From Utricularia gibba (Eukaryota > Plantae > Magnoliophyta): DNA of 64,000 nucleotides. Made by a program: the position numbers and the translations under genes. The notes beneath the pieces were generated by a model. The model saw nothing but the letters and a program-made list of their open reading frames with translations, was not told the origin of the DNA and did not search any database. Each line of letters begins with the position of its first letter. Position 1 is the stretch's first letter. The stretch lies in NCBI GenBank assembly GCA_002189035.1, contig NEEC01000024.1, positions 1 through 64,000 on the forward strand. Direction: 5' to 3'. Below, in pieces: positions 51,501 through 64,000 of this stretch.

Positions 51501-54500
51501 TTCTCAAGGAAAAGCTTGTCGTTTTTGGGCGGGTGATGTCGTTGTGAACTTCGTTCTGACCCAAGATTCGGTCTGACTCCTTTTTCCACATCGGGTCCTA
51601 CTCGACGAAAATCGTGATGCACTTATTGAAGTTAGGATGTCATAAGCACCCAAAATGGTTTTCTCAACCGCATGCTTTATATCTGAGGCGCTCTCGTGGG
51701 GCAACGGTATCGAGAAGGAGGTCGAGTCGAGCTCGGGCCCATAGTCATTTGTGGCTCGCAAAAAACTTGATGCATTTTTAACGTTGGGTTTTAATTGGCT
51801 GCCTACATGGTTTCTCAAGGAAAAGCTTGTCGTTTTTGGGCGGGTGATGTCGTTGTGAACTTCGTTCTGACCCAAGGTTCGGTCTGACTCCTTTCCACAT
51901 CGGGTCTACTCGACGAAAATCGTGCTTATTGAAGTTAGGATGTCATAAGCACCCAAAATGGTTTTCTCAACCGCATGCTTTATATTGAGGCGCTCTCGTG
52001 GGGCAACGGTATCGAGAAGGAGGTCGAGTCGAGCTCGGGCCCATAGTCATTTGTGGCTCGGCAAAAAACTTGATGCATTTTTAACGTTGGGTTTTAATTG
52101 GCTGCCTACATGGTTTCTCAAGGAAAAGCTTGTCGTTTTTGGGCGGGTGATGTCGTTGTGAACTTCGTTCTGACCCAAGTTCGGTCTGACTCCTTTTTCC
52201 ACATCGGGTGCTACTCGACGAAAATCGTGATGCACTTATTGAAGTTAGGATGTCATAAGCACCCAAAATGGTTTTCTCAACCGCATGCTTTATAGGCGCT
52301 CTCGTGGGGCAACGGTATCGAGAAGGAGGTCGAGTCGAGCTCGGGCCCATAGTCATTTGTGGCTCGGCAAAAAACTTGATGCATTTTTAACGTTGGGTTT
52401 TAATTGGCTGCCTACATGGTTTCTCAAGGAAAAGCTTGTCGTTTTTGGGCGGGTGATGTCGTTGTGAACTTCGTTCTGACCCAAGGTTCGGTCTGACTCC
52501 TTTGCCACATCGGGTCCTACTCGACGAAAATCGTGATGCACTTATTGAAGTTAGGATGTCATAAGCACCCAAAATGGTTTTCTCAACCGCATGCTTTATA
52601 TTTGAGGAGGCGCTCTCGTGGGGCAACGGTATCGAGAAGGAGGTCGAGTCGAGCTCGGGCCCATAGTCATTTGTGGCTCGGCAAAAAACTTGATGCATTT
52701 CTTAACGTTGGGTTTTAATTGGCTGCCTACATGGTTTCTCAAGGAAAAGCTTGTCGTTTTTGGGCGGGTGATGTCGTTGTGAACTTCGTTCTGACCCAAG
52801 TTCGGTCTGACTCCTTTTCCACATCGGGTCCTACTCGACGAAAATCGTGATGCACTTATTGAAGTTAGGATGTCATAAGCACCCAAAATGGTTTTCTCAA
52901 CCGCATGCTTTATATTTGAGGAGGCGCTCTCGTGGGGCAACGGTATCGAGAAGGAGGTCGAGTCGAGCTCGGGCCCATAGTCATTTGTGCTCGGCAAAAA
53001 ACTTGATGCATTTCTTAACGTTGGGTTTTAATTGGCTGCCTACATGGTTTCTCAAGGAAAAGCTTGTCGTTTTTGGGCGGGTGATGTCGTTGTGAACTTC
53101 GTTCTGACCCAAGGTTCGGTCTGACTCCTTTTTCCACATCGGGTGCTACTCGACGAAAATCGTCTTATTGAAGTTAGGATGTCATAAGCACCCAAAATGG
53201 TTTTCTCAACCGCATGCTTTATATCTGAGGCGCTCTCGTGGGGCAACGGTATCGAGAAGGAGGTCGAGTCGAGCTCGGGCCCATAGTCATTTGTGGCTCG
53301 GCAAAAAACTTGATGCATTTTTAACGTTGGGTTTTAATTGGCTGCCTACATGGTTTCTCAAGGAAAAGCTTGTCGTTTTTGGGCGGGTGATGTCGTTGTG
53401 AACTTCGTTCTGACCCAAGGTTCGGTCTGACTCCTTTCCACATCGGGTCCTACTCGACGAAATCGTGCTGCACTTATTGAAGTTAGGATGTCATGAGCAC
53501 CCAAAATGGTTTTCTCAACCGCATGCTTTATATCTGAAGGCGCTCTCGTGGGGCAACGGTATCGAGAAGGAGGTCGAGTCGAGCTCGGGCCCATAGTCAT
53601 TTGTGGCTCGGCAAAAAACTTGATGCATTTCTTAACGTTGGGTTTTAATTGGCTGCCTACATGGTTTCTCAAGGAAAAGCTTGTCGTTTTTGGGCGGGTG
53701 ATGTCGTTGTGAACTTCGTTCTGACCCAAGTTCGGTCTGACTCCTTTTTCCACATCGGGTCTACTCGACGAAAATCGTGATGCACTTATTGAAGTTAGGA
53801 TGTCATAAGCACCCAAAATGGTTTTCTCAACCGCATGCTTTATATCTGAGGAGGCGCTCTCGTGGGGCAACGGTATCGAGAAGGAGGTCGAGTCGAGCTC
53901 GGGCCCATAGTCATTTGTGGCTCGGCAAAAAACTTGATGCATTTCTTAACGTTGGGTTTTAATTGGCTGCCTACATGGTTTCTCAAGGAAAAGCTTGTCG
54001 TTTTTGGGCGGGTGATGTCGTTGTGAACTTCGTTCTGACCCAAGATTCGGTCTGACTCCTTTTACATCGGGTCCTACTCGACGAAAATCGTGATGCACTT
54101 ATTGAAGTTAGGATGTCAAGCACCCAAAATGGTTTTCTCAACCGCATGCTTTATATCTGAGGAGGCGCTCTCGTGGGGCAACGGTATCGAGAAGGAGGTC
54201 GAGTCGAGCTCGGGCCCATAGTCATTTGTGGCTCGGCAAAAAACTTGATGCATTTCTTAACGTTGGGTTTTAATTGGCTGCCTACATGGTTTCTCAAGGA
54301 AAAGCTTGTCGTTTTTGGGCGGGTGATGTCGTTGTGAACTTCGTTCTGACCCAAGTTCGGTCTGACTCCTTTTTCCACATCGGGTCCTACTCGACGAAAA
54401 TCGTGATGCACTTATTGAAGTTAGGATGTCATAAGCACCCAAAATGGTTTTCTCAACCGCATGCTTTATATCTGAGGAGGCGCTCTCGTGGGGCAACGGT

Positions 54501-57500
54501 ATCGAGAAGGAGGTCGAGTCGAGCTCGGGCCCATAGTCATTTGTGGCTCGGCAAAAAACTTGATGCATTCTTAACGTTGGGTTTTAATTGGCTGCCTACA
54601 TGGTTTCTCAAGGAAAAGCTTGTCGTTTTTGGGCGGGTGATGTCGTTGTGAACTTCGTTCTGACCCAAGTTCGGTCTGACTCCTTTTCCACATCGGGTCC
54701 TACTCGACGAAAATCGTCTTATTGAAGTTAGGATGTCATGTGGTTTTGCATGGAGGAGGCGAACGGTATCGATCGTCGAGCTCTAGTCATTTGTGGCTCG
54801 GCAAAAAACTTGATGCATTTCTTAACGTTCTGCCTACATGGTTTCTCAAGGAAAAGCTTGTCGTCGGGTGATGTCGTTGTGAACTTCGTTCTGACCCAAG
54901 TTCGGTCTGACTCCTTTTTTACATCGGGTGCTACTCGACGAAAATCGTGCACTTATTGAAGTTAGGATGTCATAAGCACCAAAATGGTTTTCTCAACCGC
55001 ATGCTTTATATCTGAGGAGGCGCTCTCGTGGGGCAACGGTATCGAGAAGGAGGTCGAGTCGAGCTCGGGCCCATAGTCATTTGTGCTCGGCAAAAAACTT
55101 GATGCATTTTTAACGTTGGGTTTTAATTGGCTGCCTACATGGTTTTTCAAGGAAAAGCTTGTCGTTTTTGGGCGGGTGATGTCGTTGTGAACTTCGTTCT
55201 GACCCAAGGTTCGGTCTGACTCCTTTGCCACATCGGGTCCTACTCGACGAAATCGTGATGCACTTATTGAAGTTAGGATGTCATGAGCACCCAAAATGGT
55301 TTTCTCAACCGCATGCTTTATATTTGATAAGGCGCTCTCGTGGGGCAACGGTATCGAGAGGAGGTCGAGTCGAGCTCGGGCCCATAGTCATTTGTGCTCG
55401 GCAAAAAACTTGATGCATTTTTAACGTTGGGTTTTAATTGGCTGCCTACATGGTTTCTCAAGGAAAAGCTTGTCGTTTTTGGGCGGGTGATGTCGTTGTG
55501 AACTTCGTTCTGACCCAAGGTTCGGTCTGACTCCTTTGCCACATCGGGTCCTACTCGACGAAAATCGTGATGCACTTATTGAAGTTAGGATGTCATTGGT
55601 TTTCTCAACCGCATGCTTTATATCTGAGGAGGCGCTCTCGTGGGGCAACGGTATCGAGAAGGAGGTCGAGTCGAGCTCGGGCCCATAGTCATTTGTGCTC
55701 GGCAAAAAACTTGATGCATTTTTAACGTTGGGTTTTAATGGCTGCCTACATGGTTTCTCAAGGAAAAGCTTGTCGTTTTTGGGCGGGTGATGTCGTTGTG
55801 AACTTCGTTCTGACCCAAGGTTCGGTCTGACTCCTTTTTCCACATCGGGTCCTACTCGACGAAAATCGTGATGCACTTATTGAAGTTAGGATGTCATAAG
55901 CACCCAAAATGGTTTTCTCAACCGCATGCTCTGAGGAGGCGCTCTCGTGGGGCAACGGTATCGAGAAGGAGGTCGAGTCGAGCTCGGGCCCATAGTCATT
56001 TGTGGCTCGGCAAAAAACTTGATGCATTTTTTAACGTTGGCTGCCTACATGGTTTCTCATTGTCATGTCGTTGTGACTTCGTTCTGACCCAAGTTCGGTC
56101 TGACTCCTTTTCCACATCGGGTTACTCGACGAAAATCGTGATGCACTTATTGAAGTTAGGATGTCATAAGCACCCAAAATGGTTTTCTCAACCGCATGCT
56201 TTATATCTGAGGAGGCGCTCTCGTGGGCAACGGTATCGAGCAGGTGGTCGAGTCGAGCTCGGGCCCATAGTCATTTGTGGCTCGGCAAAAAACTTGATGC
56301 ATTTCTTAACGTTGGGTTTTAATTGGCTGCCTACATGGTTTCTCAAGGAAAAGCTTGTCGTTTTTGGGCGGGTGATGTCGTTGTGAACTTCGTTCTGACC
56401 CAAGATTCGGTCTGACTCCTTTTCCACATCGGGTCTACTCGACGAAAATCGTGATGCTTATTGAAGTTAGGATGTCATAAGCACCCAAAATGGTTTTCTC
56501 AACCGCATGCTTTATATCTGAGGAGGCGCTCTCGTGGGGCAACGGTATCGAGAAGGAGGTCGAGTCGAGCTCGGGCCCATAGTCATTTGTGCTCGGCAAA
56601 AAACTTGATGCATTTCTTAACGTTGGGTTTTAATTGGCTGCCTACATGGTTTCTCAAGGAAAAGCTTGTCGTTTTTGGGCGGGTGATGTCGTTGTGAACT
56701 TCGTTCTGACCCAAGTTCGGTCTGAGGGTTTTCGTTTTTACATGGTGGTGCATGCTTTATATCTGAGGAGGCGCTCTCGTGGGGCAACGGTATCGAGAAG
56801 GAGTTCGAGCTCGACCTCGGCAAGATGCATTGGGGGCTGACATCCTTGTCGTTTTTGGGCCACTTCGTTCTGACCCAAGTTCGGTCTGACTCCACATCGG
56901 GTCCTACTCGACGAAATCGTGATGCACTTATTGAAGTTAGGATGTCATTAACCGCATGGATGGTATTTCTCAACCGCAGCTCATTGATAGGCGCTCTCGT
57001 GGGCATGGTATTCAGAACTTCGAGCTCGGGCCCATAGTCTTTGTGGCTTTGATGCATGGGGTTTTAAACATGGTTTCTCAAGGAAAAGCTTGTCGTTTTT
57101 GGGCGGGTGATGTCGTTGTGAACTTCGTTCTGACCCAAGGTTCGGTCTGACTCCTTTTCCACATCGGGTCCTACTCGACGAAAATCGTGATGCACTTATT
57201 GAAGTTAGGATGTCATAAGCACCCAAAATGGTTTTCTCAACCGCATGCTTTATATCTGAGGAGGCGCTCTCGTGGGGCAACGGTATCGAGAAGGAGGTCG
57301 AGTCGAGCTCGGGCCCATAGTCATTTGTGGCTCGGCAAAAAACTTGATGCATTTCTTAACGTTGGGTTTTAATTGGCTGCCTACATGGTTTCTCAAGGAA
57401 AAGCTTGTCGTTTTTGGGCGGGTGATGTCGTTGTGAACTTCGTTCTGACCCAAGGTTCGGTCTGACTCCTTTGCCACATCGGGTCCTACTCGACGAAAAT

Positions 57501-60500
57501 CGTGATGCACTTATTGAAGTTAGGATGTCATAAGCACCCAAAATGCTCAACCGCATGCTGAGGAGGCGCTCATGCACGGTATCGAGAAACGGTATCGAGT
57601 CGAGTCGAGCTCGGGCCCATAGTCATTTGTGGCTCGGCAAAAAACTTGATGCATTTCTTAACGTTGGGTTTTAATTGGCTGCCTACATGGTTTCTCAAGG
57701 AAAAGCTTGTCGTTTTTGGGCGGGTGATGTCGTTGTGAACTTCGTTCTGACCCAAGGTTCGGTCTGACTCCTTTGCCACATCGGGTCCTACTCGACGAAA
57801 ATCGTGCTGCACTTATTGAAGTTAGGATGTCATGAGCACCCAAAATGGTTTTCTCAACCGCATGCTTTATATCTGAGGAGGCGCTCTCGTGGGGCAACGG
57901 TATCGAGAAGGAGGTCGAGTCGAGCTCGGGCCCATAGTCATTTGTGGCTCGGCAAAAAACTTGATGCATTTCTTAACGTTGGGTTTTAATTGGCTGCCTA
58001 CATGGTTTCTCAAGGAAAAGCTTGTCGTTTTTGGGCGGGTGATGTCGTTGTGAACTTCGTTCTGACCCAAGGTTCGGTCTGACTCCTTTGCACATCGGTA
58101 TCGTCGACGAGGTCGTCGTGATGCACTTATTGAAGTTAGGATGTCATAAGCACCCAAAATGGTTTTCTCAACCGCATGCTTTATATCTGAGGAGGCGCTC
58201 TAACGGTATCGAGAAGGAGGTCGAGTCGAGCTCGGGCCCATAGTCATTTGTGGCTCGGCAAAAAACTTGATGCATTTCTTAACGTTGGGTTTTAATTGGC
58301 TGCCTACATGGTTTCTCAAGGAAAAGCTTGTCGTTTTTGGGCGGGTGATGTCGTTGTGAACTTCGTTCTGACCCAAGGTTCGGTCTGACTCCTTTTTCCA
58401 CATCGGGTCTACTCGACGAAAATCGTGATGCACTTATTGAAGTTAGGATGTCATAAGCACCCAAAATGGTTTTCTCAACCGCATGCTTTATATCTGAAGG
58501 CGCTCTCGTGGGGCAACGGTATCGAGAAGGGGTCGAGTCGAGCTCGGGCCCATAGTCATTTGTGGCTCGGCAAAAAACTTGATGCATTTCTTAACGTTGG
58601 GTTTTAATTGGCTGCCTACATGGTTTCTCAAGGAAAAGCTTGTCGTTTTTGGGCGGGTGATGTCGTTGTGAACTTCGTTCTGACCCAAGGTTCGGTCTGA
58701 CTGGGTCCTACTCGACGAAAATCGTGATGCACTTATTGAAGTTAGGATGTCATGAAGCACCCAAAATGGTTTTCTCAACCGCATGCTTTATATCTGAGGA
58801 GGCGCTCTCGTGGGGCAACGGTATCGAGAAGGAGGTCGAGTCGAGCTCGGGCCCATAGTCATTTGTGGCTCGGCAAAAAACTGATGCATTTTTAACGTTG
58901 GGTTTTAATTGGCTGCCTACATGGTTTCTCAAGGAAAAGCTTGTCGTTTTTGGGCGGGTGATGTCGTTGTGAACTTCGTTCTGACCCAAGATTCGGTCTG
59001 ACTCCTTTTTCCACATCGGGTCTACTCGACGAAAATCGTGATGCACTTATTGAAGTTAGGATGTCATAAGCACCCAAAATGGTTTTCTCAACCGCATGCT
59101 TTATATCTGAGGAGGCGCTCTCGTGGGGCAACGGTATCGAGCAGGAGGTCGAGTCGAGCTCGGGCCCATAGTCATTTGTGGCTCGTTGATGCATTTTTAA
59201 CGTTGGGTTTTAATTGGCTGCCTACATGGTTTCTCAAGGAAAAGCTTGTCGTTTTTGGGCGGGTGATGTCGTTGTGAACTTCGTTCTGACCCAAGGTTCG
59301 GTCTGACTCCTTTTTCCACATCGGGTCCTACTCGACGAAAATCGTGACTTATTGAAGTTAGGATGTCATAAGCACCCAAAATGGTTTTCTCAACCGCATG
59401 CTTTATACGCTCTCGTGGGGCAACGGTATCGAGCAGGTGGTCGAGTCGAGCTCGGGCCCATAGTCATTTGTGCTCGGCAAAAAACTTGATGCATTTCTTA
59501 ACGTTGGGTTTTAATTGGCTGCCTACATGGTTTCTCAAGGAAAAGCTTGTCGTTTTTGGGCGGGTGATGTCGTTGTGAACTTCGTTCTGACCCAAGTTCG
59601 GTCTGACTCCTTTGCCACATCGGGTCCTACTCGACGAAAATCGTGCTTATTGAAGTTAGGATGTCATAAGCACCCAAAATGGTTTTCTCAACCGCATGCT
59701 TTATATCTGAGGAGGCGCTCTCGTGGGCAACGGTATCGAGAAGGAGGTCGAGTCGAGCTCGGGCCCATAGTCATTTGTGCTCGGCAAAAAACTTGATGCA
59801 TTTCTTAACGTTGGGTTTTAATTGGCTGCCTACATGGTTTCTCAAGGAAAAGCTTGTCGTTTTTGGGCGGGTGATGTCGTTGTGAACTTCGTTCTGACCA
59901 AGGTTCGGTCTGACTCCTTTGCCACATCGGGTCCTACTCGACGAAAATCGTGATGCACTTATTGAAGTTAGGATGTCATAGCACCCAAAATGGTTTTCTC
60001 AACCGCATGCTTTATATCTGAGGAGGCGCTCTCGTGGGGCAACGGTATCGAGAAGGTGGTCGAGTCGAGCTCGGGCCCATAGTCATTTGTGGCTCGGCAA
60101 AAAACTTGATGCATTTCTTAACGTTGGGTTTTAATTGGCTGCCTACATGGTTTCTCAAGGAAAAGCTTGTCGTTTTTGGGCGGTGATGTCGTTGTGAACT
60201 TCGTTCTGACCCAAGGTTCGGTCTGACTCCTTTGCCACATCGGGTCCTACTCGACGAAAATCGTGATGCACTTATTGAAGTTAGGATGTCATGAGCACCC
60301 AAAATGGTTTTCTCAACCGCATGCTTTATATTGATAGGCGCTCTCGTGGGGCAACGGTATCGAGCAGGTGGTCGAGTCGAGCTCGGGCCCATAGTCATTT
60401 GTGGCTCGGCAAAAAACTTGATGCATTTCTTAACGTTGGGTTTTAATTGGCTGCCTACATGGTTTCTCAAGGAAAAGCTTGTCGTTTTTGGGCGGGTGAT

Positions 60501-63500
60501 GTCGTTGTGAACTTCGTTCTGACCCAAGGTTCGGTCTGACTCCTTTTTCCACATCGGGTCCTACTCGACGAAAATCGTGATGCACTTATTGAAGTTAGGA
60601 TGTCATAAGCACCCAAAATGGTTTTCTCAACCGCATGCTTTATATCTGAGGAGGCGCTCTCGTGGGGCAACGGTATCGAGAAGGAGGTCGAGTCGAGCTC
60701 GGGCCCATAGTCATTTGTGGCTCGGCAAAAAACTTGATGCATTTCTTAACGTTGGGTTTTAATTGGCTGCCTACATGGTTTCTCAAGGAAAAGCTTGTCG
60801 TTTTTGGGCGGGTGATGTCGTTGTGAACTTCGTTCTGACCCAAGTTCGGTCTGACTCCTTTTTCCACATCGGGTCTACTCGACGAAATCGTGATGCACTT
60901 ATTGAAGTTAGGATGTCATAAGCACCCAAAATGGTTTTCTCAACCGCATGCTTTATATCTGAGGAGGCGCTCTCGTGGGCAACGGTATCGAGTCGAGTCG
61001 GCTCGGGCCCATAGTCATTTGTGGCTCGGCAAAAAACTTGATGCATTTCTTAACGTTGGGTTTTAATTGGCTGCCTACATGGTTTCTCAAGGAAAAGCTT
61101 GTCGTTTTTGGGCGGGTGATGTCGTTGTGAACTTCGTTCTGACCCAAGTTCGGTCTGACTCCTTTTCCACATCGGGTCCTACTCGACGAAAATCGTGATG
61201 CACTTATTGAAGTTAGGATGTCATCACCCAAAATGGTTTTCTCAACCGCATGCTTTATATCTGAGGAGGCGCTCTCGTGGGGCAACGGTATCGAGAAGGG
61301 TCGAGTCGAGCTCGGGCCCATAGTCATTTAAAAAAACTTGATGCATTTCTTAACGTTGGGTTTTAATTGGCTGCCTACATGGTTTCTCAAGGAAAAGCTT
61401 GTCGTTTTTGGGCGGGTGATGTCGTTGTGAACTTCGTTCTGACCCAAGTTCGGTCTGACTCCTTTGCCACATCGGGTCCTACTCGACGAAAATCGTGATG
61501 CACTTATTGCATTGGTTTTCTCAACCGCATGCTTTATATCGGCGCTCTCGTGGGGCAACGGTATCGAGAGGGGTCGAGTCGAGCTCGGGCCCATAGTCAT
61601 TTGTGGCTCGGCAAAAAACTTGATGCATTTCTTAACGTTGGGTTTTAATTGGCTGCCTACATGGTTTCTCAAGGAAAAGCTTGTCGTTTTTGGGCGGGTG
61701 ATGTCGTTGTGAACTTCGTTCTGACCCAAGTTCGGTCTGACTCCTTTTTCCACATCGGGTCCTACTCGACGAAAATCGTGATGCACTTATTGAAGTTAGG
61801 ATGTCATAAGCACCCAAAATGGTTTTCTCAACCGCATGCTTTATATCTGAGGAGGCGCTCTCGTGGGGCGGTATCGAGAAGGAGGTCGAGTCGAGCTCGG
61901 CCCATAGTCATTTGTGGCTCGGCAAAAAACTTGATGCATTTCTTAACGTTGGGTTTTAATTGGCTGCCTACATGGTTTCTCAAGGAAAAGCTTGTCGTTT
62001 TTGGGCGGGTGATGTCGTTGTGAACTTCGTTCTGACCCAAGTTCGGTCTGACTCCTTTTCCACATCGGGTCTACTCGACGAAAATCGTGTTATTGAAGTT
62101 AGGATGTCATAAGCACCCAAAATGGTTTTCTCAACCGCATGCTTTATATCTGACGCTCTCGTGGGGCAACGGTATCGAGAAGGAGGTCGAGTCGAGCTCG
62201 GGCCCATAGTCATTTGTGCTCGGCAAAAAACTTGATGCATTTCTTAACGTTGGGTTTTAATTGGCTGCCTACATGGTTTCTCAAGGAAAAGCTTGTCGTT
62301 TTTGGGCGGGTGATGTCGTTGTGAACTTCGTTCTGACCCGGTCTGACTCCTTTGCCACATCGGGTCCTACTCGACGTCGTGATGCACTCCACCCAAAATG
62401 GTTTTCTCAACCGCATGCGGGTCTACTCGACGGAAGTCGAATAGTCGTGGCTCGGCAAAAAACTTGATGCATTTCTTAACGTTGGGTTTTAATTGGCTGC
62501 CTACATGGTTTCTCAAGGAAAAGCTTGTCGTTTTTGGGCGGGTGATGTCGTTGTGAACTTCGTTCTGACCCAAGGTTCGGTCTGACTCCTTTGCCACATC
62601 GGGTCCTACTCGACGAAAATCGTGATGCACTTATTGAAGTTAGGATGTCATAAGCACCCAAAATGGTTTTCTCAACCGCATGCTTTATATCTGAGGAGGC
62701 GCTCTCGTGGGGCAACGGTATCGAGAAGGAGGTCGAGTCGAGCTCGGGCCCATAGTCATTTGTAGCTCGGCAAAAAACTTGATGCATTTCTTAACGTTGG
62801 GTTTTAATTGGCTGCCTACATGGTTTCTCAAGGAAAAGCTTGTCGTTTTTGGGCGGGTGATGTCGTTGTGAACTTCGTTCTGACCCAAGGTTCGGTCTGA
62901 CTCCTTTTTCCACATCGGGTCCTACTCGACGAAATCGTGATGCACTTATTGAAGTTAGGATGTCATAAGCACCCAAAATGGTTTTCTCAACCGCATGCTT
63001 TATATCTGAGGAGGCGCTCTCGTGGGGCAACGGTATCGAGAAGGAGGTCGGTCGCTGTCATTATTGAAGTTGGGTTTTAATTGGCTGCCTACATGGTTTC
63101 TCAAGGAAAAGCTTGTCGTTTTTGGGCAAGGTTCGGTCTGACTGGGTTACTCGACGAAAATCGTGATGCACTTATTGAAGTTAGGATGTCATAAGCACCC
63201 AAAATGGTTTTCTCAACCGCATGCTTTATATTGAGGAGGCGCTCTCGTGGGGGTATCGAGAAGCGAGTCGAGCTCTAGTCGTGGCTCGGCAAAAAACTTG
63301 ATGCAGTTGGGTTTTAATTGGCTGCCTACATGGTTTCTCAAGGAAAAGCTTGTCGTTTTTGGCGGGTGATGTCGTTGTGAACTTCGTTCTGACCCAAGTT
63401 CGGTCTGACTCCTTTTTCCACATCGGGTCCTACTCGACGAAAATCGTGATGCACTTATTGAAGTTAGGATGTCATAAGCACCCAAAATGGTTTTCTCAAC

Positions 63501-64000
63501 CGCATGCTTTATATCTGAGGAGGCGCTCTCGTGGGGCAACGGTGCAGGAGGTTCTTAAACTTGGGTTGGGTTTTAATTGGCTGCCTACATGGTTTCTCAA
63601 GGAAAAGCTTGTCGTTTTTGGGCGGGTGATGTCGTTGTGAACTTCGTTCTGACCCAAGGTTCGGTCTGACTCCTTTGCCACATCGGGTCCTACTCGACGA
63701 AAATCGTGATGCACTTATTGAAGTTAGGATGTCATGAGCACCCAAAATGGTTTTCTCAACCGCATGCTTTATATCTGAGGAGGCGCTCTCGTGGGGGTAT
63801 TCGAGTCGAGCTCGGGCCCATAGTCAAAAAAACTTGATGCATTTCTTAACGTTGGGTTTTAATTGGCTGCCTACATGGTTTCTCAAGGAAAAGCTTGTCG
63901 TCCGTTGTGGTTCTGACCCAAGGTTCGGTCTGAGTCACTTCGTGATGCACTTACGGTATGCGAGGAATATCGTCGAGTCGAGCTTAGTCATTTGTTCGGC
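42542..64000. repeat. Right satellite domain (type R): CCTTTTTCC, GGTGCTAC, CATTTTTAA, CAAGTTCGG/CAAGATTCGG, TTGATAAGG and GAGCAGGTGG variants; no 10-bp junction deletion
   Basis: CCTTTTTCCACATC appears regularly from 42873. GGTGCTAC occurs at ~44131, 45065, 45990 and 46603. TCATAAG becomes the majority allele. Type-L-like units stay interspersed (e.g. ~43801, 47212, 57463, 60223). Confidence 0.85.
42562..42605 (+). repeat. 22-bp perfect tandem duplication GGTCCTACTCGACGAAAATCGT x2 inside one monomer
   Basis: Read directly: copy 1 at 42562-42583 and copy 2 at 42584-42605. It was not seen in other monomers. Confidence 0.85.

Larger units (their letters stand above)
1..64000. repeat. Tandem satellite DNA array, 315-bp consensus unit, about 205 head-to-tail copies, single orientation; probably a eukaryotic centromeric or pericentromeric-type satellite
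   Basis: The unit start CTGACTCCTT recurs at 1, 318, 632, 940, 1565, 1879, 2195 and onward (e.g. 39426, 39741) to the end of the window, mostly 305-317 bp apart. The ORF track repeats the same peptides at ~315-bp offsets. I saw no non-repeat insert. The repeat is directly visible; the centromeric label is inferred from unit size and array length only. Confidence 0.99.

Noticed and set aside
105-63745. All other six-frame ORFs (60-204 aa), including the MHHDFRRVGP..., MLHLLKLGCH... and longer fused ORFs
   Set aside because: They are translations of the same repeat. The longer ones arise from frameshifting indels that join frames, and none resembles a known protein family.
1-64000. CRISPR array or rRNA/5S/tRNA tandem array
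   Set aside because: There are no unique spacers because the entire unit repeats. I recognise no 5S, tRNA or rRNA motif or fold.

Overview
The whole 64 kb window is one uninterrupted head-to-tail tandem satellite array of about 205 units (estimated from the unit spacing). The consensus unit is 315 bp, about 49% GC, and a perfect copy lies at 39426-39740. All units are in the same orientation. I found no genes, RNA genes, transposon insertions, CRISPR spacers or unique sequence, and every ORF in the track is a frame of the repeat unit. The 315-bp unit is itself a diverged dimer of two ~157-158 bp halves (about 70% identity over the best 68 bp), which is a nucleosome-sized period typical of eukaryotic centromeric or pericentromeric satellites. 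The array is layered. The left domain (1 to ~42.5 kb) mixes 315-bp units with 305-bp units carrying a 10-bp deletion, and includes a 305-rich block (~26.8-33.6 kb) and a local two-unit higher-order repeat (~13.0-16.05 kb). The right domain (~42.55-64 kb) carries a different set of diagnostic variants and starts at a 22-bp tandem duplication. Several scrambled patches and many single-base gaps look like long-read consensus errors and need read-level checks. I cannot identify the organism or a named satellite family from the sequence alone.
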